A stretch of DNA of 64,000 bases from positions 1 through 64,000 of IMG/VR virus record IMGVR_UViG_3300047160_019164; one strand, 5' to 3'. The position numbers and the translations under genes were made by a program. Shown here in pieces: positions 1 through 10,418 of this stretch. Positions within the stretch are counted from its first letter, which is position 1. Each line of letters begins with the position of its first letter. Under the pieces are notes generated by a model, which saw only the letters and a program-made list of their open reading frames with translations, did not search any database and was not told the DNA's origin. Source of the stretch: a virus.

Positions 1-1437
1 GGGCTCACGGCAGCGACTACCAATGGCACGGGCAACGTCGCCAACATCGCAGCGGTCACTCCGGCCGAGGTCACGACGGTCGTCCAAGGTGCCGTCACTG
101 GCACCAAGGTCGAAGTCGACCAGAACGGCAAGCTGCGTATCAGCGCCACGTTGGGTTCGTCGCTCACGGTGGGTGCGCTCACCACGGCGACGGCGCTCGG
201 CTTCGTGGTCGGTGCGACGAATAGCGCGGCTTCGGGGAACGCGGGCGTCATCCCGGCCGGGACGCAGGTGTCGAACAGCGGCAGCACCGTGAACCTCATC
301 ACGATGCAGGACGTGACCATCTCGGCGACGAGCACCGGCCCGTACAGCGTCAAGGTCCGACATGCGACCGACGACGGCACGGGTCTCAGTGCAACTGCCG
401 GTTCCATCACCGTGTGCACGTCGCCCATCGCGCTCGACAGCTTCACGGTCATCAACGCTCAGATCATCACGGCGGCGCTCAGCGAGTCGGCCATCGATGC
501 CGCGTACGTCGCTGCCATCAACGCGACGCTCGACATCGGGTCGGTTGCGCACGATGCGAATCTGATCTGGTCGGCGCGCCAATCGAACATCATCCGCAAG
601 CAACTCCGTCAGAACGCCATCGACGCGAGTGCCAACGGACTCCTCGGGCGTATGGCGTGCGTGCGTCCGCCGCTCGGCACGCTCAAGGCGGTGGCGCTTT
701 CCACGACGGCGGAGCCGGGTGTCGGCGCGTACCGCGACCAGCGCACCATCTACACGTACCCGGGTGTGAACACCTACGTGCCGATCATCGCCAAGCGTGG
801 GACGTCGGGTGGTACCGGGTTCACGGCGGATGGGAACGTCGACGTGGGTTCCGACGGGTTCATGGTGTCGGTGCTTTCGCAGCTCGCGCCGGAGGAGAAC
901 CCGGGGCAGAGCACCGACTACATGCTGGCGGTCAACAGCATCGAGAAGGGACTGCTCGCGCCCGTCCAGACGCTCGACATCAACGACTACAAGAACTTCA
1001 AGAAGCAGGGCATCGCTGCCGTCCGCATCGACAGCAGCAACCCGATCTTCCAGTCGGGTGTCACCAGCGTCGATCCGGCGGTGCAACCGGCCTTCGTGCG
1101 CATCGGTCGTCGTCGAATGGGCGACTATATCGAGGACTCGATCGCCATCTTCTCGAAGAACTTCGGGAAGAAGCTCTCGACCAACGCGCGACGTGTGGCA
1201 CTCGCGAACGAGATTCGCGAATTCTGCCGATCGCTCTTGTCGGCGCAGAACCCCGGCTCGCAGCGTATTGCCGGCTTCACGGTCGATACGTCCAACAACA
1301 CGGACACGACGCTCGGTCAGGGTCTCTACCGTATCGTCGTGAAGATTCGCACTCTCGCCTCGCTCGACAGCATCGTGCTCGCGTGCACGGTGGGTGAGCA
1401 GGTGCAGGTCGACGAAGTTCTCCCCGCGGCGGCCTGA
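1..1437 (+). CDS. Tail sheath protein (5'-truncated)
   Basis: Frame open from base 1. C-terminal sheath-like segment (FQSGVTS...RIGRRRMGDYIEDSI...IAGFTVD...IVVKIRTLASLDSIVL), upstream of a tube-like gene. Confidence 0.85.
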   Translation, partial: GLTAATTNGTGNVANIAAVTPAEVTTVVQGAVTGTKVEVDQNGKLRISATLGSSLTVGALTTATALGFVVGATNSAASGNAGVIPAGTQVSNSGSTVNLITMQDVTISATSTGPYSVKVRHATDDGTGLSATAGSITVCTSPIALDSFTVINAQIITAALSESAIDAAYVAAINATLDIGSVAHDANLIWSARQSNIIRKQLRQNAIDASANGLLGRMACVRPPLGTLKAVALSTTAEPGVGAYRDQRTIYTYPGVNTYVPIIAKRGTSGGTGFTADGNVDVGSDGFMVSVLSQLAPEENPGQSTDYMLAVNSIEKGLLAPVQTLDINDYKNFKKQGIAAVRIDSSNPIFQSGVTSVDPAVQPAFVRIGRRRMGDYIEDSIAIFSKNFGKKLSTNARRVALANEIREFCRSLLSAQNPGSQRIAGFTVDTSNNTDTTLGQGLYRIVVKIRTLASLDSIVLACTVGEQVQVDEVLPAAA

Positions 1438-1463
1438 CCGCTCGCTGAAAGGAATCGAGCACC

Positions 1464-2132
1464 ATGGCCAAGCAAGCACTCATCAACACGATCAACATGG
1501 GCACGGGGGGCGTGTACTACGCCGGTACCGTCATCGACGACACGGAAGCGCGGTACACCAGCCTCGTCGCCAACGGTGCGCTCTTCGCGCCCATGTCGAA
1601 CAGCACCATCGCGACCGCGCAGGCACTCGCTGCCAAGATGCGCGCGAAGGGCGACAGCGGACTGGCAGTCGATGCCGTCATGATGGACGCGTACGACACC
1701 GTGCAAGCGGCGACGGAAGCGGCCGACACGGCGTCGAAGCTCCAGAAGCGCTCCGTCACCATCGCGTTCGGTGCATTCTCGGGGCTCAGCGGTGGCACCA
1801 AGACGCTGACCGTCGCTGACACGGCCGGTGCGCTCCCCACAGGCGCTCGAGTGATGGGGGTGTCCATCGAATCGTTCACGGGTTTCGACGACGCCACGCA
1901 CGGCACCTACACCGTGGAGTGCGGCGTCGCAGCGACGAACGACGCCATGGCGGCGACCAGCGTGGCGGTCGGTGCGGGTGCGGCTCCCAAGGTCGGCACC
2001 ATCGGTGCCAAGGGCTTCATCGGGTGCCCGGTGTCGGGCACCTTCCAAGCCAAGATCACGGGCGGTCCCGATCTCAACACCGCGACGGCCGGCACCGTGA
2101 CCGTCGCTCTGCTCTTCACGACGCTCGCTTGA
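1464..2132 (+). CDS. Hypothetical virion protein
   Basis: Ala/Thr/Gly-rich 222-aa ORF between sheath and tube, with an AAGGA RBS. Confidence 0.6.
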   Translation: MAKQALINTINMGTGGVYYAGTVIDDTEARYTSLVANGALFAPMSNSTIATAQALAAKMRAKGDSGLAVDAVMMDAYDTVQAATEAADTASKLQKRSVTIAFGAFSGLSGGTKTLTVADTAGALPTGARVMGVSIESFTGFDDATHGTYTVECGVAATNDAMAATSVAVGAGAAPKVGTIGAKGFIGCPVSGTFQAKITGGPDLNTATAGTVTVALLFTTLA

Positions 2133-2157
2133 AGTTGAAGACGGAGGAACCTGAGTC

Positions 2158-2595
2158 ATGAGCGACCAGCGCATCAAAGGCCAAGAGGTTCAGGTTCTCA
2201 TCGTCAATGGCGGGAACCTGGAAGACACGCTCACCGACATCCAAAACTTCAACGTGACGGTCGAGCAAGAGGTGAAGAGCGTCGGCTACCTCGGCGAGAA
2301 GACCAATCGCAAGGACAGCATCTTCAACGGCATCAAGTTCGACATGGAGCTTCACATCCACAAGTCGCGATGGTTCGGCTTCGTGAAGGACATGATCGCC
2401 AAGTCCAAGCGCGAGAAGCCGGACATCAAGTTCAACATCACGGGCGTGTTCTCGTTCCCCAACGGGGAGACTCCGACAATGTTGCTGCCCGACTGCTCGC
2501 TCGGCGAAGTGCCGCACAGCGTGCAGTCGCGCGGTGACTACGTGAAGGTGAAGCTCCAGGGCGAGTGCGATGATTGGGAAGTCGCAGGCGAGTAG
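2158..2595 (+). CDS. Tail tube protein
   Basis: 145 aa, beta-rich; lies between sheath and chaperone/tape measure; GGAGG RBS. Confidence 0.75.
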   Translation: MSDQRIKGQEVQVLIVNGGNLEDTLTDIQNFNVTVEQEVKSVGYLGEKTNRKDSIFNGIKFDMELHIHKSRWFGFVKDMIAKSKREKPDIKFNITGVFSFPNGETPTMLLPDCSLGEVPHSVQSRGDYVKVKLQGECDDWEVAGE

Positions 2596-2628
2596 CAGCC
2601 CACAAGGTCCAAGGAGGCGCGTACAAGG

Positions 2629-2652
2629 CCACCGCACGGCGCCGTGCGGTGG
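2629..2652. repeat. 24-bp palindrome copy 1 (extended to 38 bp, 2622-2659)
   Basis: tacaagg-CCACCGCACGGCGCCGTGCGGTGG-ccttgta; intergenic. Confidence 0.97.
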
Positions 2653-2750
2653 CCTTGTAGCAACAGACACGGCGCTCGCGGTGGGTTGGGAAGTTCGCGC
2701 CTCCATGCCTACCGCGAGCGCCACCTACTGAGAATGGAGGCGCGAACCTC

Positions 2751-3368
2751 ATGAGTGAAGACGACATCAAGGCCGCAGAAACGATGAACAAGGCGAAGCC
2801 GAAGAGCTTCAACGAAGCACTCGGTGCCTTCAAGGCTGCGGTCACCGAAGAAGACGAGTCAGCGCTCTTGCTCGCCGAACAAGAAGCCCGCGAAGCCGAA
2901 GAGGCTCGAGTCAAGTCGACGGTGAAGGTGCCCGAAGTGACCGACCAAGCGCCGGAAGATTGGATGACGGCGTGCATCCCGACGGACATCAAGTTCCCCC
3001 TCAACAAGCAAGCTCACTTCCTGAAGTTCCGCGCGCAGTGGACCGAGACGCCGACCTTCGGCGACCGCACCTGCATCATGTGGAACCTCACCGACGCCGA
3101 CGAGAAGCTCGCTGCCAAGCGCTGCAAAGGCGACGGTGCCCGCTACGCGCAAGAGCTGGCGAAGCAGATGGTGCGCGCCATCGACGGCGAAAAGGTCGAT
3201 TGGACCAAGGGGCTCGCATCCAATATCGAGCGTTGGTGGAACGCCATCGGCAGCAAGTGCCGCAACATGCTCGTGAACGTCTACCACAAGAACCACAACC
3301 TCAATGCGGAGGAGCAGAAGGATTTTTTCGTCAATTGCTACTCGGTCAGGACGGTGACTACTGGCTAG
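2751..3368 (+). CDS. Tail assembly chaperone (gpG-like)
   Basis: Position between tube and tape measure; slippery T TTT TTC at 3323-3329. Confidence 0.7.
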   Translation: MSEDDIKAAETMNKAKPKSFNEALGAFKAAVTEEDESALLLAEQEAREAEEARVKSTVKVPEVTDQAPEDWMTACIPTDIKFPLNKQAHFLKFRAQWTETPTFGDRTCIMWNLTDADEKLAAKRCKGDGARYAQELAKQMVRAIDGEKVDWTKGLASNIERWWNAIGSKCRNMLVNVYHKNHNLNAEEQKDFFVNCYSVRTVTTG

Positions 3369-3658
3369 AACGTGATCCTGCCGAGACGCAGGACCCCGAC
3401 GAGTTGGAAGAGTGGTTAGCCGTCGTCAGCGTCTACACGGGGCACGTCACCGACGCGTATTGGCGCCTTGTTGTCGAGATCGACATCGCCGAGAAAGAGA
3501 AGTGGCGACGCCGGCAGAAGATGTTTCTTGCACGGTACGGGCGTCAGTCGTTGCTTCAGTGGGATGATGTCGAAGTGGCGGAGTTGGACCACTACACCGA
3601 TGACCTGATCGAGCTACTGAAGCTCGAGAGCCATTCGGACGACCTGAAGAGCGGGTGA
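3323..3658 (+). CDS. -1 frameshift extension of the tail chaperone (gpGT-like)
   Basis: The -1 frame (ORF 2960..3658) stays open to 3658 after an X XXY YYZ heptamer and has no obvious start of its own. Confidence 0.65.
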   Translation, partial: FFRQLLLGQDGDYWLERDPAETQDPDELEEWLAVVSVYTGHVTDAYWRLVVEIDIAEKEKWRRRQKMFLARYGRQSLLQWDDVEVAELDHYTDDLIELLKLESHSDDLKSG

Positions 3659-3719
3659 GACAGCGCGACGCGGGCTCTGCACGACGTAGAGGCCCGCGTC
3701 GCGTACACTCGGAGGGAAG

Positions 3720-5573
3720 ATGGGTACCGAAGCGGCAGAGGTGAAGATCAAGCTGGTCCTCGACGACCAGGCTCACGCCGCTGGTCAACGTGTCGGCCAG
3801 GATATGGGGCAGATCGGCAACCAAGCCGGTCAGGCTACGACCGAGATGGAAGGTCTCGGGATGGCGAGCGAGGTGGCCATCGGCGCCGTTGCGATGGCGG
3901 CAGCAGCCGCAGCCGCAGCTGTCGCCGGTATCGTCTACGCAGCGCACGAAGGATTCGAGGCAGCTCTCAAGCAAGCCGAGCAGATCAAGACGCTTGGCGG
4001 CTCGTTGTTGATGATGAGCAACGGGGCGACGCTCAAGGAGACGACATCCGAAGCCAAGCTCCTCCACGGCGAGTTGGAGGACATGGGTGTGCAGGCAGGC
4101 GTCGCGAGTGACAAGATGGCATCGGCTTTCGAGCTGATGGCTTCGCGCTCCAATAAGCCAATCGCCGAAGTGCAGAAGCTCACCGGCGAGATGGCCAACA
4201 TCGGGCGTGTCATCCCTGGTGGCATCGACGCGCTCAGCGAGGGGTTCTCCAATATCGAAGCGGGCGTCATCAAGGCACGCAACCCGCTCGTCATGATGGT
4301 GGCGCAGACGGGCCTTCTGCACGGCAACGCGAAGCAAGTCGCCGCCGAGATGCAGAAGATGACGCCTGAGAAGCAGATGCAGATCGCCGAAGAGGCGGTG
4401 CATCGCATGTCCGACCGTGTGAAGGGGATGCCGCTCGGCTTCAACGAACTGGTCGCGTCCCTCAAGGACATGAAGGACCAGGTGCTCGAGTCGCTCGGTG
4501 GGCCGATTCTCGATGCGGTCACGCGCGTGATGGGCGACGTGCGCTCGTTCTTCATGGCGCACCAGACGCAGATCATGGAGGTCGCCGAGGCCATCGGCAC
4601 ACGCATCGGCGAATTCGTGACGTTCATCTCCGACTTGTTCGTCGAGATCGTCAACGTCTTTTCCGACGACTCCGACCAGGTTGGCGCTTCTATCGAAGAC
4701 GCGATGGAGTGGGCGGCGGACCAGTGGGACAGCATCAAGGACAACGCGCACGCGCTGGCGCAAACGTTCAAGGACATCATCGACGCCTGCAACAAGATCC
4801 TCGAAGTCGCGAAGACGGTCGCAGACATTGCGAACCCGATGGTGATGTTCGGGCTCGAGTCCGACGCGAAGATCCTCAAGAAGATGGTCGGTGGTAGTGG
4901 CGACAAGGCCGACGTGAACGGTGTGCAGCTCTCCGGTGAACAAGAGACCGCATACGAGCGGGCGGCGAAGAAGTTCGGTCAGATGAACATCGACACCTCC
5001 AAGCTCGACAAGGCCGAAGCCAAGTTCCGAGCCGCGGCGAAGGAGAGCGGCGTCGCAGCCGACGACATCGACAAGCTCGTCAACTCGCTCTACGCAGCGC
5101 ACCAGACTGCGATTGAGACGCACGGTGGTGGGAAGTTTGACGCAGCGGCGAACATGAGCGATTCAGTCAAAGCGGCCGAAGCCTTCAAGGCTACGTGGAT
5201 CGCCGCCGCGAAGGCTCACGACGTCGAGCTGATGAAGTACGGCGCCTCCGTCCTCGAGCACTCGGCGATGTTGTCTGACGAGTTGCGTGCCTCGGGCATC
5301 ATCGTGAGCGAGGGGATGGAAGACTTGGGGAGCTACGTGAAGGACAAGGCTCTCAAGTCCGCCATCAGTGACAAGATGAAAATCAACATGTCGGCGTTGG
5401 ACGAAGCCGCCAAGGCACATGCAGTGAACTTCAACGGCGGACAGACCTTTCACATCAAGCAAGACTTCCGCGACCAAGACCCCGATCGGGTCGCGTTGGT
5501 CTTCCAACGCGATATCAAGAACGCGGCGCTCAATCGCAACCAATCGAAGATGGCGACCGCCTTTGGTCTGTAA
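3720..5573 (+). CDS. Tape measure protein
   Basis: 617 aa, helical, Ala/Met-rich, directly after the chaperone. Confidence 0.8.
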   Translation: MGTEAAEVKIKLVLDDQAHAAGQRVGQDMGQIGNQAGQATTEMEGLGMASEVAIGAVAMAAAAAAAAVAGIVYAAHEGFEAALKQAEQIKTLGGSLLMMSNGATLKETTSEAKLLHGELEDMGVQAGVASDKMASAFELMASRSNKPIAEVQKLTGEMANIGRVIPGGIDALSEGFSNIEAGVIKARNPLVMMVAQTGLLHGNAKQVAAEMQKMTPEKQMQIAEEAVHRMSDRVKGMPLGFNELVASLKDMKDQVLESLGGPILDAVTRVMGDVRSFFMAHQTQIMEVAEAIGTRIGEFVTFISDLFVEIVNVFSDDSDQVGASIEDAMEWAADQWDSIKDNAHALAQTFKDIIDACNKILEVAKTVADIANPMVMFGLESDAKILKKMVGGSGDKADVNGVQLSGEQETAYERAAKKFGQMNIDTSKLDKAEAKFRAAAKESGVAADDIDKLVNSLYAAHQTAIETHGGGKFDAAANMSDSVKAAEAFKATWIAAAKAHDVELMKYGASVLEHSAMLSDELRASGIIVSEGMEDLGSYVKDKALKSAISDKMKINMSALDEAAKAHAVNFNGGQTFHIKQDFRDQDPDRVALVFQRDIKNAALNRNQSKMATAFGL

Positions 5574-5606
5574 GCTAAGCATCTCCATTCGGGTTATAAT
5601 TCTTGG

Positions 5607-6224
5607 ATGGATATCACTCACGAAGGCAAGACTCTCACTCTGAAGCAATGGGCGAAGGAGACGGGGATCAACTACCAAACCTTGCACTATCGGTTCAACA
5701 AGGGTTGGAGTCCGTCTCGAATGCTTGAGACGGCACCCTTTACCGGTAATCGCGAGGCGACGGTCGTCGAACGATTCTGGTCCTTCGTAGCCAAGCAAGA
5801 GCGAGTAACTTCGAGTGAGGTCGGGACCCCTTGTTGGCTTTGGAACGGAGGCAAGAGACGCAAGGGCTACGGACAGTTTTCGATCAAGAAGGAAGGGAAG
5901 AATCATGTCGCACATCGGTACGCGTTCTTCCTTCACCATGGTCGATTCCCGAACGGCATCGGGAGACACTTGTGCAATAACCCTAGTTGTGTCCGATGGT
6001 CACACATTGCCGAAGGAACACAGAAGGACAACATCCAAGACGCCGTACGTGCCGGAAGAATGGCAAGTGGCGAACGAAACGGGTCGGCCAAGCTGACACG
6101 GTCGCAGGTCCAAAGGATGCGTCAGCTTCGAGAGCGTGGGTGGACGCAACAGAGGCTCGCCGATAAGTTCGGTGTGTCACAACCGAACGTCAGCGCCATC
6201 TTGGCCGACAAGAATTGGAAGTGA
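5607..6224 (+). CDS. Free-standing HNH homing endonuclease with HTH domains
   Basis: CWLWNG..GYGQF..AHR..RHLCNNPSCVRWSH..GTQKDN motif; C-terminal HTH (TQQRLADKFGVSQPNVS); visibly lower GC; TATAAT at 5595-5600. Confidence 0.88.
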   Translation: MDITHEGKTLTLKQWAKETGINYQTLHYRFNKGWSPSRMLETAPFTGNREATVVERFWSFVAKQERVTSSEVGTPCWLWNGGKRRKGYGQFSIKKEGKNHVAHRYAFFLHHGRFPNGIGRHLCNNPSCVRWSHIAEGTQKDNIQDAVRAGRMASGERNGSAKLTRSQVQRMRQLRERGWTQQRLADKFGVSQPNVSAILADKNWK

Positions 6225-6261
6225 TAGTTTCGCGTTTGCAATCCCCATTCACGGAGGCACC

Positions 6262-6492
6262 ATGGCATCGCCTGCAAGCAAGTTCGCCAAGAAGTCCACG
6301 TCGCTCGAGGAAGAGGAGACCAAGAAGAAGATGGTCGACGACGAGGACGAAGAAGCGCCGGACAGCGAAGAGGAAGAAGACGAGGAAGCCCCGGACAGCT
6401 CGGCGACCGACAAGGCGAAAGCCAAGGGCAAGGCAGCGGCGAAGAAGAAGGCGCCCGCGGCGCTCTTCGCCAAGTCGTCACGCGACGAGTAA
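6262..6492 (+). CDS. Small highly charged hypothetical protein
   Basis: GGAGG RBS then MASPASKFAKK; acidic middle, Lys/Ala-rich ends. Confidence 0.6.
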   Translation: MASPASKFAKKSTSLEEEETKKKMVDDEDEEAPDSEEEEDEEAPDSSATDKAKAKGKAAAKKKAPAALFAKSSRDE

Positions 6493-6493
6493 C

Positions 6494-6517
6494 CCACCGC
6501 ACGGCGCCGTGCGGTGG
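6494..6517. repeat. 24-bp palindrome copy 2
   Basis: Perfect copy 1 nt after a TAA stop. Confidence 0.97.
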
Positions 6518-6534
6518 AATCGGGAGGTGGCTAG

Positions 6535-7755
6535 GTGGGCGTCTACAGCAGCACGATGACAGTCGAAGAGCTGGTGGATGACGCCCCCGGACGCCTTGTC
6601 CTGTTGTCGGGTGCAGGGCTTCCGGTGATGGGAGCGGCGTGGGGTGGCAAGGGAAACGTCATCACCACGTGGAATCCCGGCAACGGGCGTGACGGCACAC
6701 AGCAGACGCTTGGGCCGCAGGAGATCCCTTCGCAGTGGTCGGGCGAATGGCACCGAACGACTCTCCCCGACTCGGGGTGTGTGTTCTTTGACGAGAACGG
6801 CAACAGCAGCAAGGTCAACACACCGTTCTTCCTGAGTCAGACGCTCGAGGACATCTTCCGCAGCGGGCACCTTCTCCGTGTCACGTGGAGCGTCAACAAC
6901 ACGGACGTCGGCGAGTCCATCAATCTCATTCGTGTGGGGCGCGCATCGCAGTGGAACTTCGCCTTCGACCGTGCTCAAGACATCCATTGGGAAATCACCT
7001 TCGACTGGAAGGGTCGTGGTGATGCTTCGGAGAACATCTCAACGCGCGACGACAGCATTGTCGCCGCTGGCAACGAGGTGAGCGCAGCGCTCGCACAAGC
7101 ACTCCTCAAGGCGAAGGCGCTCAACCTGTCTTCGTCGTCGGCCAACTCGCTGTCACTCGGGCAGCTCGACGCGTTGGCTGGATACCCCAACGCACTCGTC
7201 AAGGGCATCACGCGCAGCTTGCAGACGGTCATCGACCAATTCGCACAGGTCGGCGACATCGTCAGCAAGCTGAAGTCAGTGCCGTTCGCCATCTCGAACA
7301 CGGTGGTGGACTTCGCGCACAACAACGTCGCCGTTGCGAAACAGTTTATGGACAACATGGGGCGTACACCCATCGAGCTGATGACGCTCAAATCGAACAC
7401 TTCGGCGGTGGCACACGCCGGGAAGCTGTTCTTCGACACCAATGACTCGGTTGAGCTGGCGGCGCGGCTCAGTGCCGAGTTGGAGCGCAAGTTCCGTCTC
7501 GCTGCCATGCAGGCGCGTCAGATGCGTGACCTCGGAGCGCACGAGCGCTCCTCCAACGACGAGAATGACATCATCGGTGTGTACGTCACCAAGGAGGGCG
7601 ACACGCCCGAGAAGGTGTCGATGCGCTACTACAAGAATCCGGATCACGGCATCGACATCCTTCGGTCCAACAAGCTCCCCTACCATCAACCCAAGTTTCG
7701 GCCGGGTATGCCGCTCATCATCCCGCGCTTGAACACGTCGCAGACGCCGGGATGA
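6535..7755 (+). CDS. LysM-domain baseplate / tail-tube initiator protein
   Basis: C-terminal LysM-like YVTKEGDTPEKVSMRYY...LIIP; follows the tape measure. Confidence 0.7.
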   Translation: MGVYSSTMTVEELVDDAPGRLVLLSGAGLPVMGAAWGGKGNVITTWNPGNGRDGTQQTLGPQEIPSQWSGEWHRTTLPDSGCVFFDENGNSSKVNTPFFLSQTLEDIFRSGHLLRVTWSVNNTDVGESINLIRVGRASQWNFAFDRAQDIHWEITFDWKGRGDASENISTRDDSIVAAGNEVSAALAQALLKAKALNLSSSSANSLSLGQLDALAGYPNALVKGITRSLQTVIDQFAQVGDIVSKLKSVPFAISNTVVDFAHNNVAVAKQFMDNMGRTPIELMTLKSNTSAVAHAGKLFFDTNDSVELAARLSAELERKFRLAAMQARQMRDLGAHERSSNDENDIIGVYVTKEGDTPEKVSMRYYKNPDHGIDILRSNKLPYHQPKFRPGMPLIIPRLNTSQTPG

Positions 7756-7759
7756 AGCT

Positions 7760-9457
7760 ATGGCGCAAGACGCACCCGACCAAAGCTACTACCCGCGTGC
7801 GAAGATCAGGCTCATTGTCCGTTTCGAGGAATTCGGCAAGAAGGTTTTCACTGGCAAGGTGCCGAAGAAGCCGGCCAAGAACCTCGACGGCGTGAAAGAC
7901 GAGCGCGCACCACTGGTCGTGTCGCACGACGATGCAGCACCCGCGGGTGTGAAGCGTCTCTTGCTCCTTCCCAAGACTAGTACCGAGCAACCGCCTGTCG
8001 GCGGTCCGCAGGATCAGACGGGCAGTGACGATGGGCTCACCTACGTGCTCGGCGGCATCATCCCGAAGGAGATCAAGCTTCAGCGCAACGGCATCCGTGT
8101 GGCGGACACACTGACGGTGCGTCTGCGCTTCGTCGATTGCCCCGTGGACCCGCGTGTGGTGCGGAGTTGCGGCGTGCGCGTGTACTTTGGCACCATCTCA
8201 GCGTCGGACTACCAGGCGTCGGTCCAAGGGCGCACGATGTCGGGCGGCGACCCCATCCTTCCGGATACCTATCAGGACGTGAATGGCGACAGTCGTTCGA
8301 ATCACCGCTTCGATGGCTTCGTCGACAAGTGGGAAGTGAATTGGGGCGACAACTCCGAACCGATGATCGAGCTGACGTGTCGTGACAACACGTCGCTCAT
8401 GGTCGACGAGGACGCGCCGCCCGGTCTCGTTATCGACGCGAAGAAGCCGCTCGACGAAGCCTTCGCCGACTACCTGTCGCATTTCCCTCAGTATGCAGGA
8501 CTTGGCGTCGAATTCCGCGGGCTACCTGGCGATACGGCACCCGTACTCGAGGACTCGCTCGCGAAGACGGCGTTCCGTCCGAACCTCGGCCCACCGCCCG
8601 CCAAGGGCGGAGGCGCGAGCGGGAACGAGAAGCTCTCCGTGTGGGACTACCTCACCGACGTCGTGAGCAGCGTGGGTTTCTCGGTGCGTCTCGAAGGCAA
8701 CACCGTCATCATCCAGAAGACGCGCACGCTGATGTCGAGCGACCCGTCGAGTGGCATTGCGCGACCGGACGACCCATTCAAGGGTCGCAGCACGTGGAAG
8801 TCGCGACGGTGGATCTATGGACGCAACGTGATGTCGATGAAGACGAGTCGCTCGTTCACGCGGAGCGCACCCACGAACATCGAGGTGCGTTGCTACAGCC
8901 CGCGGCGCAAGAAGACGATGGTCGGCCGCTTCCCGAGCACGGGCGACACGGTGGCCGACGCGAAGCCGGGCGGCATTGGCGCGGACGAGAAGTGGAAGGT
9001 CTTCAAGGTCAGCGGCATCGAAGACGAGAACGTGCTTCGCATCGTGGCTCAGAACATCTACGAGCAGATCGGGCGCAACGAGTTGGAGGTGTCGTTCAAG
9101 ACGCGCAACCTCGCGTCGTTCGGTGGCGGCAACCTCGACCCCGACGTACTCGACATGCAGGCTGGTGATTCATTCGAGTTGCTCGTGAACCGTGAAGAGG
9201 GAACCGAATTCAACACCCTCACCAAGATCGAGAAGCATCTCACCATCATCGACCGCAGCATTACGTTCATGAAGAGCCTCGGCTTCCCCGAAGCCTTCGC
9301 TGCGGCATACGCCAAGGCGTATTCGGATGCCGGCTTCCAAAGCATCTACAAGGCGAAGACCATCGAATTCACGTGGGGTGACGAAGGCATCGAGATCGAA
9401 GTGGTGGGCGTAAACTACCTGGAAGTGCGCGCCGACGCGCTCTTGAATGGAACGTAA
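7760..9457 (+). CDS. Baseplate hub protein
   Basis: Position; FDGFVDKWEV...IELTCRD and WDYL...YGRNV patterns resemble hub proteins. Confidence 0.65.
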   Translation: MAQDAPDQSYYPRAKIRLIVRFEEFGKKVFTGKVPKKPAKNLDGVKDERAPLVVSHDDAAPAGVKRLLLLPKTSTEQPPVGGPQDQTGSDDGLTYVLGGIIPKEIKLQRNGIRVADTLTVRLRFVDCPVDPRVVRSCGVRVYFGTISASDYQASVQGRTMSGGDPILPDTYQDVNGDSRSNHRFDGFVDKWEVNWGDNSEPMIELTCRDNTSLMVDEDAPPGLVIDAKKPLDEAFADYLSHFPQYAGLGVEFRGLPGDTAPVLEDSLAKTAFRPNLGPPPAKGGGASGNEKLSVWDYLTDVVSSVGFSVRLEGNTVIIQKTRTLMSSDPSSGIARPDDPFKGRSTWKSRRWIYGRNVMSMKTSRSFTRSAPTNIEVRCYSPRRKKTMVGRFPSTGDTVADAKPGGIGADEKWKVFKVSGIEDENVLRIVAQNIYEQIGRNELEVSFKTRNLASFGGGNLDPDVLDMQAGDSFELLVNREEGTEFNTLTKIEKHLTIIDRSITFMKSLGFPEAFAAAYAKAYSDAGFQSIYKAKTIEFTWGDEGIEIEVVGVNYLEVRADALLNGT

Positions 9458-10406
9458 GATGGACCTCGCTTCCATCACTTCGGGGCTCGCGCGTCCGGGT
9501 ATCGATACCCGACAGTGGTGCTCGTACGGCACCGTGCTCAAGGAAACGCCCGACACGAAGAGCGTGGACTTCTCGCCTGAGGTGGGACCGCTTGTCGGCG
9601 TGAAGCTCCACCCGTCTGGCGTGAAGGTACCTTGTCGTGTGGCCAACCCCATCGCCGGCAACGGCGAAGGGGAATGGTCGCCCTTTATCGAAGGGGACGA
9701 AGTGCTCGTCCTTATCCCCGAAGGCGACGAGCGTGCGGCCTGCGTCATCATCGCGCGTCTCAACAACGAGATCGATGCATGGCCGAAACAGGTTGCTGGC
9801 CAGGACACGACGCAGAACACGTTCGGCTTCCGGCGCATGCGTACGCCGTACATCCTCGAGACGGCATCGAGCTACTTGCTCTACAGCGCGACCACTAAAG
9901 CATTCCTCTCATTGTCGCCCATCGGTGAGCTGACGCTCAGCAACGCGGACAACGCGTTCTTCGCACTTCACTCGGACATGATCACCATCCAGAACGGTGA
10001 TGCCGACGTTCTGCTCCAGATGGACGTGAAGTCGAAGACGATTCACATCGAAGCGCAAGGCACCAAGTTCATCCTCGACTCGACGAACGACAGCATGCTC
10101 ATGACGACGGGTCGACTGATGATCGGCACGTCGGGCAGCATCCCTCTCGGGCACGCGGTGACGGTGGAACAGCTCGCGGTCATCTTGCAGGGGTTGCTCA
10201 CGTCGATTGGGTCGACGCAGCCCAGCAACGTTATCGGCGCGGTACTCGCCGCTGCATCCATCCCCATCATCAACGCAGCCATTGCATATGCAGCGACGCA
10301 GCCCGTGACGCCGATGTTGGGTGCCATCACCGCAGCGCTTGGCACCGCACCCGATCCCACGGGTATCAAGCCGGGTATCGGCGTCGCCGGTCTGCTCCTC
10401 GGATGA
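9447..10406 (+). CDS. Baseplate central spike (gpV-like)
   Basis: N-terminal OB-fold pattern (P..GDEVLVLIPEGD) followed by repetitive beta-strand-like sequence. Confidence 0.7.
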   Translation: MERKMDLASITSGLARPGIDTRQWCSYGTVLKETPDTKSVDFSPEVGPLVGVKLHPSGVKVPCRVANPIAGNGEGEWSPFIEGDEVLVLIPEGDERAACVIIARLNNEIDAWPKQVAGQDTTQNTFGFRRMRTPYILETASSYLLYSATTKAFLSLSPIGELTLSNADNAFFALHSDMITIQNGDADVLLQMDVKSKTIHIEAQGTKFILDSTNDSMLMTTGRLMIGTSGSIPLGHAVTVEQLAVILQGLLTSIGSTQPSNVIGAVLAAASIPIINAAIAYAATQPVTPMLGAITAALGTAPDPTGIKPGIGVAGLLLG

Positions 10407-10418
10407 TAGGCTCGCCGA

